A stretch of DNA of 64,000 nucleotides from assembly GCA_030867685.1 (NCBI GenBank), contig JAQOWU010000008.1, positions 2,170,001 through 2,234,000 on the forward strand, in the 5' to 3' direction. This DNA comes from Wickerhamiella versatilis (lineage: Eukaryota). A program made the position numbers and the translations under genes. The first letter of the stretch is position 1. Each line of letters opens with the position of its first letter. The notes below the pieces were generated by a model that ran no database searches, had not been told where the DNA came from, and worked only from the letters and a program-made list of their open reading frames with translations. This document shows, piece by piece, positions 48,893 through 58,095 of the stretch.

Positions 48893-49663
48893 ATGGTTGC
48901 CGAGGAGCAAGTGTTGATTGGGGGCGTCAGAACGCATGTGTACAGGAGTAGTGACCCTTCCATAGTGCCTAAAGTTGTATTGGTGTTAGCACATGGCAGA
49001 AACAGTGATCACAAGTCTACTGAGGAGATTGCTCTGGAGGTTTGCAAGAAGGTACCCGAATGTGTTTGTGCCACATATGACCAACCCAACCATGGCTCGA
49101 GAATCATGGACAAGTCTCAGAATTCCAGTTGGAAAAGTGGTAATAGACATCATTTTCCTCAGATGCTTGGAGTAATTGAGCAATCTTTGTCGGAAGTCTC
49201 GATCATCCACCAGTTCCTCCCTGCCTACTTCCCAGACCTTGCAAACCTGAAACAGTTGGTAACGGGCGTCTCTTTAGGGGGCCACATATCCTGGTACGCG
49301 GGGGCGTCAGGCATTGCCGATGGAATCGCTCCGATTATTGGCTGTCCAGACCTGGTTGGCATGTTTCACGAACGTGCATCAAAAGAGACAGGTTACGAAA
49401 AGAAAGACATTTTACCAGAGGTCGTGTTGGAAATAGCGAACCGAAGAAAGCAGCAAATAGCCAAGCTGCAAAATTCTACCATACCCATTCTCGCAATCTG
49501 TGGCGAGGAGGACACCTTGGTTCCACCTCATTTCTCAAAGGAATTCTTTGCCTCAGATCACCAACCTAACCATGAATTGGTGACATTTCCTGGTGCTGGC
49601 CACGAGGTGACACCAGCGATGGTTACAAAACTTTGTGAGTGGGTTACTGCTCAGATTAAGTAA
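48893..49663 (+). CDS. Alpha/beta hydrolase (esterase-like)
   Basis: HG oxyanion motif, DQPNHGSR, GVSLGG nucleophile elbow, GEEDTLVP (Asp) and GAGHE (His). Confidence 0.85.
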   Translation: MVAEEQVLIGGVRTHVYRSSDPSIVPKVVLVLAHGRNSDHKSTEEIALEVCKKVPECVCATYDQPNHGSRIMDKSQNSSWKSGNRHHFPQMLGVIEQSLSEVSIIHQFLPAYFPDLANLKQLVTGVSLGGHISWYAGASGIADGIAPIIGCPDLVGMFHERASKETGYEKKDILPEVVLEIANRRKQQIAKLQNSTIPILAICGEEDTLVPPHFSKEFFASDHQPNHELVTFPGAGHEVTPAMVTKLCEWVTAQIK

Positions 49664-49693
49664 TCTATATCAGAGTCCGCCGCTGTCAGTAAA

Positions 49694-50398
49694 ATGCTGT
49701 CAAGGGCTGGTAAGCCAGCGTCACATGTACTGACCACGCTACGGGCATTCCCAACTTTGGAGCCACTTGCTCCGCAGGCGGTGAGCTCACAGATTCTCGG
49801 TCTGCCCAGTCGCCGTGATATCCTGTGGCAGGCTGTTGTGTACGAAAGGGACTCCGAGCGGGTAGGATCCAAAACAATAATAGGTCGGAGTGATCTTGAC
49901 TACAGTCGCCGAAAGCTTCTCCCCCAGAAAGGTTCGGGACGAGCACGTATGGGTGATAGGGCAAACCCCATACGCCATGACGGTGCTCGGGCCCATAACA
50001 GGCATGCTCCTAATGATCACTCGACCCAGCTGCCATCATCACTTTATTCTCTAGCAGTCCGTACGGCCCTGAGCCTCAGATACCGTGGTGGACATCTCTA
50101 TATTATCGATGGGCCGATCGACTTCGCGAACTCGCATGAACTTGTTGGCGATGCTTGGTTTCAGAAGCATGGCCTCAAGGGTAAGTCTGTGACATTTGTC
50201 GTAGATAGCTTAAGGCCTAATTTGTTTGATGCTACCTCGAATAATGTTAAGGCCGACATTGTGCCGAAAGAGTTAGTGAGGGTCCAGGATCTTCTGAAGC
50301 CGCATCGGCTTCTTATTGAAAAGAAAGCTTTAGAATACCTCGTGGCTGAGTACTCCCCAGCGAAACCATTAAGAGCGATCAAGGGATCATTAGAGTAA
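49694..50398 (+). CDS. YML6: Mitochondrial ribosomal protein uL4m
   Basis: RRDILWQAVVYERD...GRSDLDYSRRKLLPQKGSGRARMGD..NPIRHDG. Confidence 0.9.
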   Translation: MLSRAGKPASHVLTTLRAFPTLEPLAPQAVSSQILGLPSRRDILWQAVVYERDSERVGSKTIIGRSDLDYSRRKLLPQKGSGRARMGDRANPIRHDGARAHNRHAPNDHSTQLPSSLYSLAVRTALSLRYRGGHLYIIDGPIDFANSHELVGDAWFQKHGLKGKSVTFVVDSLRPNLFDATSNNVKADIVPKELVRVQDLLKPHRLLIEKKALEYLVAEYSPAKPLRAIKGSLE

Positions 50399-50432
50399 CA
50401 CTGTACATAACTTATAAGGAATGCCTCCTGCG

Positions 50433-51143
50433 CTAATGCCACCGGCCTGACTTAAGGAAAAGTAAATTAGCAGCACATTCATGTTCTTTTTTGTTTAAGC
50501 TGCGGGGACTTGGAAGGGAGGAAAATCTTTGTGGAGGCTGGGGCGTGAGTTGATTCTGGTTTACGGATTTAAGCGGCGACCGCATCACCAGCTGTGCTTT
50601 GCCGTCCGCATTCATGGTTAGCCGTACTCCACGTTTATGATGTGGTGGTTCGTTTTCTTTAGCAACACCCAGCTGTTGTGAGCGAATTGATCCCTGTATT
50701 TCGTCCTTTGGGGCACCATCGCGGGCAAACGTTGGGGGAGGTGGCAGTGTAGGCGTGGTCCTTAGGCTGAACACTCCCGATGCTGGCATTGACGCTGTGC
50801 GGGTAGGCGCTTGCTGATCATCTGCCCTTCCCAGTGGCCGTCTTTCAAGTTGTCTTCGACATGATTGGCGCTTGTTCTGAAACCAGATCTGCACCTTGTC
50901 GGGGGTCATACCCACCTCGGCTGCGATCTGCTCCCGGTCCTGCCTGCATGGCTTGGAACACTCCCGAAATCGAGCTTCTAAAATTGCTAGTTCCAGAGGT
51001 GACGTCCGACGACGCTTGCGAGGAGCTGAGTCCCCGCTATGGGGCGAACTTCCGTCGGCCAGATCCTGCTTGGATGCGACGGAATATGTGTCGGAAGAGT
51101 GCACCTCTACAAAGATGGGCTTCTCCTCTTTGCACACCGACAT
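50433..51143 (-). CDS. YOX1: Homeodomain repressor Yox1/Yhp1
   Basis: RKRRRTSPLELAILEARF...VQIWFQNKRQ, C-terminal CAANLLFLKSG, and MCB boxes upstream. Confidence 0.8.
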   Translation of the reverse strand: MSVCKEEKPIFVEVHSSDTYSVASKQDLADGSSPHSGDSAPRKRRRTSPLELAILEARFRECSKPCRQDREQIAAEVGMTPDKVQIWFQNKRQSCRRQLERRPLGRADDQQAPTRTASMPASGVFSLRTTPTLPPPPTFARDGAPKDEIQGSIRSQQLGVAKENEPPHHKRGVRLTMNADGKAQLVMRSPLKSVNQNQLTPQPPQRFSSLPSPRSLNKKEHECAANLLFLKSGRWH

Positions 51144-51198
51144 ACCTCGCGCGGAGGCTTGTTTGTCTATGACGGTTTATTAATTTGGCTCCAATCTT

Positions 51199-51216
51199 AC
51201 GCGTGAGGCGACGCGT
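51199..51216. promoter_or_regulatory. Two MCB elements upstream of YOX1
   Basis: ACGCGT at 51199 and 51211. Confidence 0.65.
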
Positions 51217-51601
51217 ATATTTACTTGATGAGTCAGTCCGGTATGCATATTATGGGCAAGGGAATCAACACATATTGGCAAATAAATCCAGCATTAACAC
51301 TCACAATTACAATAATAATTGGGGTACTGAACTAATAATCCCATACATGTATTGGGTTATGGAATAAATGGCCTCAGAACCCCCTGGGATGCCAGGTATT
51401 TGCGTTGTTAGGGTAAAAGCTATTTATTTCCAATAATGTATGCCCTACATACCTTAGCGCAGATTTGAAGATCAAGCCCATTTTTTTGAGGTAGAGCTTC
51501 CTCACTGTCCAACTTTCTTTATTTTAGCCAAGTTAGCTATCAGTTAAATCCTCGTCGAGAAAAAAAGGCTGTCTCAAACACCTGAGCAAGATGGCCCCAT
51601 T

Positions 51602-52375
51602 TTACAGTAATGGCGAATAAAACCTATCACGGCAAGTCCTAATTACACCTATTTCCGGTGAAGCTTTGTATGCCTCTTGGGTCTTTGCAATACTGTCAAG
51701 CACCCGCTGTAGCTCTGCACGTGCACCAAAACATACCTCAGCCTGCGTCGATCCCCACATATCATACTGGCTCTCAAATGCCTCACTTTTTTGGGTAACC
51801 TCCTGCTTGATAACCTCTGCAGCATCAATGTACCCCCTGAATTGCAATTGCAAGTCTCGTGCAGATATTTTGCATTCCTCCAATGAGGGAAGCCATCCCT
51901 CGGCTAACTGGGATCCACCCACATGAAGACGAACCGACCACCGGGGTGATTTGCAAGCCCATAGCAATTCTTTCACGGTAGTTACTCGCTGATCAAGAAA
52001 AGACTGCTGTACTGCCAGATCCTGGGCAGCCACCATGAGTGCTTTGGCCTTTCGAAACAAGCCATGGAATTCATTTGAGTACAAGGGGCCAGGAAGCTCT
52101 GGCATCACAAAGCGAGCCATTACAGATTCAACAGAACTGTTGACCACCTCCTGAAAATTCTCAAGGAGAAATCGAGTCCGTATAATAATCTGGGCACGCT
52201 CCTCCATGCATTGGTCCAGGAAATGTGAGTTGTAGTGCTTTTCCTCGGTTTTAAAATGTTGAAGCTGGCGTGACAGGCTGCAGGCAGTCTCTGCCCATGC
52301 GTAGAGACCCCGTACTTTATGCTGATCTATGTCATCGAGAATAGCGTCAACGGTTTCGGTCAGGCTGTCCTTCAT
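51602..52375 (-). CDS. Hypothetical helical protein (257 aa), weak resemblance to the Kar9 N-terminal domain
   Basis: Clean ATG-initiated ORF with an all-helical pattern. Family assignment is tentative. Confidence 0.6.
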   Translation of the reverse strand: MKDSLTETVDAILDDIDQHKVRGLYAWAETACSLSRQLQHFKTEEKHYNSHFLDQCMEERAQIIIRTRFLLENFQEVVNSSVESVMARFVMPELPGPLYSNEFHGLFRKAKALMVAAQDLAVQQSFLDQRVTTVKELLWACKSPRWSVRLHVGGSQLAEGWLPSLEECKISARDLQLQFRGYIDAAEVIKQEVTQKSEAFESQYDMWGSTQAEVCFGARAELQRVLDSIAKTQEAYKASPEIGVIRTCRDRFYSPLL

Positions 52376-52704
52376 ACCGTTTTAATATATGTCGAGACGC
52401 GAAGATCGAGGATGCTGGTGTATACGCCTAGTTGGCAACAGCAAAGGAGCCTACCTCTCTAGGAAGGACCGATGCTCAAATGGGGTAGTATACGATCCTC
52501 TGGGAAATAAATCTCTGGTTACATTTTTCGGACCATATCAGCCGATTGCCGGACCTCATAACTTGACGGTGAGCAAAAAAACACCCTTGACTTAATGAGA
52601 AGGCTCTAATATCTCTAAACTATCGCGATTCCTATGTCTTCGGTAAGCCAATCTAATTTGGACTTCCCAAAAGAGTAGTAGCGGTTTGGCTGACTAGCTT
52701 AATC

Positions 52705-53667
52705 ATGCTAAATACGTGGCTCAAGGTTCTCGCGTTTATAGGCGCTGCCAAGGTCATTCAGAGCCTGTGTCCTTTTATATTCATATTATACGACACCCTA
52801 TGGCCTAAGGACAGGTTGTCCAAATACAAGGTGGCTGATGCCTGGGCAGTGGTCACGGGAGCTACTGCTGGTATTGGGGAAGAATTTGCCCAGCAGCTTT
52901 CGGCCAAGGGCTTCAAGGTTCTTCTTATCTCGCGTACCCAGTCCAAATTGCTTGAGACGGCCTCCAAAATTAAGGGTGTCACTGCGACATACCAGTTAGA
53001 TGCCGTAACCGCCGGTCCACTGGAGTACAAGGCCTTGGCTAAGTTCGTTTCTGAGCTTGACGGACCAGTAACTGTTCTCATAAATAACTTGGGACAGAGC
53101 CACGAAATGCCCGTGCCGTTTTCTGAAACTCCTGAGGACGAGATGCGCCGCATTATCCAGGTGAACAATGTTGCAACTCTCGAGATTACCCGCGCTCTCC
53201 TGCCCTCGCTAGAGAAGGGACAGGACCGCAGTCTGATACTGACGATGGGCTCGTTTGCGGGAGCGATCCCGACGCCATTCCTGGCTACCTATGCGGGCTC
53301 TAAGGGCTTCTTGCAATCCTGGAACAACGCCCTTGCTGCAGAATTGGAGCCTCAGGGAGTAGACGTACAACTCATTGTGCTATATCTGGTGCCAAGTAAC
53401 ATTTCCAAGATAAGACGAAGCTCATGGTTGATTCCGTCACCGAAGAATTTCGTGGCCTCCACCCTTCGGTGTGTTGGGCTCAGAGGTGGTACCCAGGAGC
53501 GGGCGTACACCATGAATCCCTACTGGTCGCATGCCTTGATGTACTGGGCCATTGAGTCTACCCTGGGCGTGTGGAGTGCTGCGGTGGCTAAGATCAACCT
53601 GCAGATGCATATCGGGGTGCGAATGCGTGCACTGAAGGCCAAGGACCGAAAGAAGAAGAATGCATAA
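52705..53667 (+). CDS. IFA38: Very-long-chain 3-oxoacyl-CoA reductase
   Basis: WAVVTGATAGIG, LINNLGQSHEMPVPF, YAGSK catalytic motif and KKNA dilysine ER-retrieval tail. Confidence 0.92.
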   Translation: MLNTWLKVLAFIGAAKVIQSLCPFIFILYDTLWPKDRLSKYKVADAWAVVTGATAGIGEEFAQQLSAKGFKVLLISRTQSKLLETASKIKGVTATYQLDAVTAGPLEYKALAKFVSELDGPVTVLINNLGQSHEMPVPFSETPEDEMRRIIQVNNVATLEITRALLPSLEKGQDRSLILTMGSFAGAIPTPFLATYAGSKGFLQSWNNALAAELEPQGVDVQLIVLYLVPSNISKIRRSSWLIPSPKNFVASTLRCVGLRGGTQERAYTMNPYWSHALMYWAIESTLGVWSAAVAKINLQMHIGVRMRALKAKDRKKKNA

Positions 53668-54041
53668 AAAGGAATTTTTTTTTAAACTGACCTTCAAGTT
53701 TAAAAGAACAATATAGGCCGAGTGGATTTTGTTTTGCAGATCAACAGGAAAGCGAGACGAGTACGAAGTCACCGTCTCGCAGAGAGCATTTACTTAACTC
53801 AGCTGTAGTGTAGTGTAGTGTTTGATGTCCCATATAGACTATATTCTGCACTACAGTTGTTCCATAGAATATAAAACAAAATTCTAACCTAATCGGGCTG
53901 TATACATCACGATTTTCTTTTCGTGCGCAGCAATCTCGCGTTCTTGATGCGGTCTTATTGACATTTTACGTCATCGGGTAAATACCTACGGTGGTTCCTC
54001 GAGGTTGTTTTTTGATTACGGCAGCAGTCCCCTGGCCAAAC

Positions 54042-54923
54042 ATGGTAGAACTCAGTGACTACCGCAGATTGGAAAAGGTAGGAGAAGGGACCTATGGTGT
54101 AGTTTATAAGGCAGAGGATACCCTTTCCAATAATCGAATCGTTGCTCTCAAAAAAATCCGGCTTGAGGCTGAGGACGAGGGGGTACCGTCAACGGCCATC
54201 CGAGAGATTTCTCTTTTAAAAGAAATGCGGGACCCTTACGTTGTCTCTCTCTTCAATATCGTACACTCAACCTCACAAAAGTTATACCTGGTATTTGAAT
54301 ATCTTGACCTAGACCTCAAAAAATACATGGAATCGATACCCAGAGAGCAGGGTCTGGGACCCGATATCGTCAAGAAATTCATGCTTCAGTTGGTGAAAGG
54401 CACGCGTTACTGCCACTCCCATCGGATACTCCACCGAGATCTGAAGCCCCAGAATCTGTTGATAGACAAGGAGGGCAATCTGAAACTGGCTGACTTCGGT
54501 CTTGCGCGGGCGTTTGGCGTCCCACTGCGTACCTACACGCACGAGGTGGTCACTCTTTGGTACCGCGCCCCAGAAGTCTTACTTGGTGCGCGGCAGTACT
54601 CCACGGGGGTCGACATGTGGAGTATAGGCTGCATTTTCGCGGAGATGGCCACGCGTCAGCCGTTGTTCCCTGGAGATTCAGAAATTGACGAGATATTCAG
54701 GATATTCCGGCTGCTAGGAACGCCAAACGAACACGTATGGGCAGGGGTCAATTCGCTCCCCGACTTCAAGACAACGTTTCCCCAGTGGTCTCGCAAGCCA
54801 TTGGACCAGGCCGTCAAGGGACTTGACAGCTACGGCCTCGACTTGCTCGAAGGATTAATTACATACGATCCCCTGAATCGTATTAGTGCTAAACGTGCGG
54901 TCCACCACCCATATTTCCTTTAG
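54042..54923 (+). CDS. CDC28: Cyclin-dependent kinase Cdc28/Cdk1
   Basis: [38 protein letters not shown] and GDSEIDE. ATG at 54042. Confidence 0.97.
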   Translation: MVELSDYRRLEKVGEGTYGVVYKAEDTLSNNRIVALKKIRLEAEDEGVPSTAIREISLLKEMRDPYVVSLFNIVHSTSQKLYLVFEYLDLDLKKYMESIPREQGLGPDIVKKFMLQLVKGTRYCHSHRILHRDLKPQNLLIDKEGNLKLADFGLARAFGVPLRTYTHEVVTLWYRAPEVLLGARQYSTGVDMWSIGCIFAEMATRQPLFPGDSEIDEIFRIFRLLGTPNEHVWAGVNSLPDFKTTFPQWSRKPLDQAVKGLDSYGLDLLEGLITYDPLNRISAKRAVHHPYFL

Positions 54924-55451
54924 TATTTATCAACAAACATACTACGCATGCTTCCCTTTGAACTTAAAGTATTCAATTATTCAGTAACTCAGTCTGTGCT
55001 TGAATAAGATTCATGATTGCTCCTTTTCTCTAGATCTTTTAATACCATATGTTATCAATGGAAGCCATATTATGCCTATGCTGATCACACTGGACTATCG
55101 GTTGAGAATGACTGACTGAGCCCCACCAACAAAACTGGAGGTGAGGGGTTCCGATTAGTAATAGTCACGATGAGTGCGACTGATATCCAATAAGATAAAC
55201 GCAAAAATAATATGGTTTGAATCCGAAATATGTATTTTTTCTTTTACATACTTCTGGAAACCATCCCACCATTCAACTTCGTTTTACATTTTCCCGACAA
55301 AGTTTCGCGTCGTGCCATCAAATGAGGGGCCCAATCTGTTGGGCAATTCGTCTAAGGGTAAGGGATAGATTGTAATGCGAAATCTAAGTTATCCACAAAC
55401 CTGACAACAGAACCTTGTGAAACTAGCAGTCAGTACTAATTTTTTTTCAAC

Positions 55452-56366
55452 ATGGTCGAGGGAAAGAAACCTGTGAATTTCAGCAATATTCTTCTAGGGG
55501 CGAGTCTGAATATGTTTGAAATAACCACTCTGGGCCAGCCGCTGGAGGTGACCAAAACCACGATGGCCGCGAATCGTGGCGACACTTTTTCCCAGGCTTT
55601 GACCCGGATATGGAGCCGGGGTGGGTTTCTTGGCTTTTACCAGGGCCTAATTCCCTGGGCGTGGATAGAGGCCTCGACAAAGGGCGCGATTCTGCTATTT
55701 ACATCGTCCGAGATCGAATACATGGTAAGAAGGACGGGCTTGTCCAATTTCAGCACAGGAATTATAAGCGGCATGATGGGAGGAGTGGCCCAGGCGTACT
55801 TCAGCGTGGGATTCTGTACCTGCATGAAAACGATTGAGATTACGCGTTCAAAGCAGGCCGCGGCTGGGATGAAACCCCCCGGAACATTCTCTGTCTTCAT
55901 GGATATTATCAGACGAGAGGGAATACGTGGCGTTAATCGGGGTGTGAATGCAGTCGCTGTGCGACAGTGCACAAATTGGGGATCCCGCTTCGGCCTGGCA
56001 CGACTCGCTGAGGATTCCATTCGTACGTTCACGAATCGACCTGAAAATGAAAAGCTAAATTCCTATGAAAAAATTGCCGCCTCCGCTGTAGGCGGTGGCC
56101 TATCCACCTGGAATCAGCCCATTGAGGTGGCACGGATCGAGATGCAATCGAGGACTGTTGATCCCACCCGGCCCAAGCATTTGACCACTGTAACAGCTAT
56201 ACGCTACATTTACTCTAAAAATGGTATCAAGGGTCTCTATAGAGGTGTTACGCCCCGAATAGGACTCGGAATATGGCAAACAGTTTGTATGGTGGGCCTC
56301 GGAGATATGGCCAAGGAGGCTGTAGCTAAACTGACAGGAGAGAGACCCGTCAAGCAGCTACATTAG
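55452..56366 (+). CDS. YHM2: Mitochondrial citrate/oxoglutarate carrier Yhm2
   Basis: [36 protein letters not shown] and [11 protein letters not shown]. Confidence 0.94.
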   Translation: MVEGKKPVNFSNILLGASLNMFEITTLGQPLEVTKTTMAANRGDTFSQALTRIWSRGGFLGFYQGLIPWAWIEASTKGAILLFTSSEIEYMVRRTGLSNFSTGIISGMMGGVAQAYFSVGFCTCMKTIEITRSKQAAAGMKPPGTFSVFMDIIRREGIRGVNRGVNAVAVRQCTNWGSRFGLARLAEDSIRTFTNRPENEKLNSYEKIAASAVGGGLSTWNQPIEVARIEMQSRTVDPTRPKHLTTVTAIRYIYSKNGIKGLYRGVTPRIGLGIWQTVCMVGLGDMAKEAVAKLTGERPVKQLH

Positions 56367-56398
56367 ATGTTTTAATAATATTGTTAATTGGCTTTTTT

Positions 56399-57589
56399 TT
56401 ACTTAGGCAGCACGGCCTTATCCGGTGTGCGCGACCCGAAGCGGTCATAGATATATAGTCCCACAAAAGTAATCACGATTCCCCACTTCTGTATAGAGTC
56501 AAGTGATTGACCATACCAAATCACCGCCGCACTGATAACAACAATACGTTTCAGAAGGCTGGCGATGCTGAACGCTACTGTGGAAATACTGCCTAGGATC
56601 ATGAAACTTAGCAGGTTCTGAAGGAAATGGGAGAGCCCATTCAGAGTGCACAGCTTGAATAACAGCCATTTACTTCCCTGCAAGTGCACGCCATTTCTCA
56701 GAAGCTCCAGTCCATCGGTCACGAGCCAGATGGGTAAAGTACAAACAAATGCGATTCCAGCGCACCAATAAAGGATGGTCAATTTGTCCAGCTTCCGGAC
56801 TTGCGATCCTGCAGACTCCATATTGGGACGACCCTGGGTCAAAAGTCCTTTGGAGTATATGTTCTGAGCAACAAATACCAAACACGAGGAAAGTGCATAC
56901 AATAGAGCCACTGGTTTCGCTCTAAACTCACCAGCACAAGCCATTACAACTCCAGAGGTCAAAGGCACCAAGGAAATGTATGCACCAATGTTGTACCGAA
57001 CTCTGAACAGTACACTGTATGCAAGGATAGTAAACAACGGACTAAGACTTTTTATTGCGTGCACCAGCGCCACACTTATTTGGGAGGTTGCACTGTGACT
57101 GAAAATGTGGCCAACTACCTGGAAGGCTGCCATCGGGCCCGTGGAACTCGCCACGAACCGGGATGGCTTTTCAATTCCATCTGTAGACACAGTGCCTTTG
57201 GGGAAAAGCGAGGCAAATAACCGTGACTTGGAAGCGCATATGGTACAAAGTAAACCGAGCGAAATCGCATAAATAAACTGGATCAATGTAAGTGATACAG
57301 GATAAGGAAAAACAACCAATATACCCTTCGACAGGTTTGAGGATACCGCCGAACAGATATACCAAAGCAGACAAAGCATTACTGTTGGTATACTGACGGG
57401 AGGGGCCACAAATGCCGCTGCATCATGGGTATGCTCAGAGATACTTTTACCACGCGACCTCATCCGCGTATGCGCCAATACATTCTCCCCCTGTGGTTTT
57501 TCGGGTAATGACGGGAACTGAACCTGGTCTTCCCTCCTATATGGCTCGGAGAACCCGAGCTGAGAGGAGCTCTGCTCGGGCTCGCCCAT
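56399..57589 (-). CDS. Triose-phosphate-transporter family protein (SLC35E), Sly41-like
   Basis: LCLLWY.CSAVSSNLSK.IL, VSLTLIQF, VHAIKSLSPLFT and FSIASLLKRIVVI, with many TM segments. Confidence 0.85.
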   Translation of the reverse strand: MGEPEQSSSQLGFSEPYRREDQVQFPSLPEKPQGENVLAHTRMRSRGKSISEHTHDAAAFVAPPVSIPTVMLCLLWYICSAVSSNLSKGILVVFPYPVSLTLIQFIYAISLGLLCTICASKSRLFASLFPKGTVSTDGIEKPSRFVASSTGPMAAFQVVGHIFSHSATSQISVALVHAIKSLSPLFTILAYSVLFRVRYNIGAYISLVPLTSGVVMACAGEFRAKPVALLYALSSCLVFVAQNIYSKGLLTQGRPNMESAGSQVRKLDKLTILYWCAGIAFVCTLPIWLVTDGLELLRNGVHLQGSKWLLFKLCTLNGLSHFLQNLLSFMILGSISTVAFSIASLLKRIVVISAAVIWYGQSLDSIQKWGIVITFVGLYIYDRFGSRTPDKAVLPK

Positions 57590-58095
57590 GTCAATTGAGC
57601 TTTATATAATCAGGTTTTAGCCATTGATATGCAACTAACAAAAGAATGCAAATAGAGAAGTTGATCAAGTAGAGTTTTTTAGTGTCGGTATTCTTAATGT
57701 AGACAAAAATTTTCGTGCTAGTTTACTGGTATATGCAGCACAATATGCTAAATTTGATATATCCCCTCAAGAATGAATCTTCTAGAATAGAATTATTTAA
57801 AAAAGACACACCGCAGCGGCGTATGAAAGTGTGGTCATTTAGACCAGCTATGATAGCCTAAACGCGAGTTCTGGTCCGAGCCCACATACATAACACTTTA
57901 TGAATATTCACAACACATAACTTCTAGGACACGACTGTAAGCAGAATCACGCCACATAAAAATAAATATCAAATTTTAAAAGCCAAAAGAACAAAGTCAT
58001 AATCTAACGATTGGTTCCAGTATTCTTAAATAAAACGTCACTCAGAATCTTCAATTTCTGAGTTTCATCTGTCATCGGCTTAGTCACCACAGGTC

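Noticed and set aside
48893-49663. Alpha/beta hydrolase as a bacterial horizontal transfer
   Set aside because: Its motifs look like a widespread fungal family and its composition is not anomalous. A phylogeny would be needed to claim transfer.
52634-52697. Possible intron upstream of IFA38 (GTAAGC...GCTGACTAG)
   Set aside because: The spliced product from the ATG at 52634 is out of frame with IFA38, and there is no other support.
55322-55460. Possible in-frame intron upstream of YHM2 (GTAAGG...TACTAAT...GAG)
   Set aside because: It needs a weak GAG acceptor, and the ATG at 55452 already gives a normal Yhm2 N-terminus.
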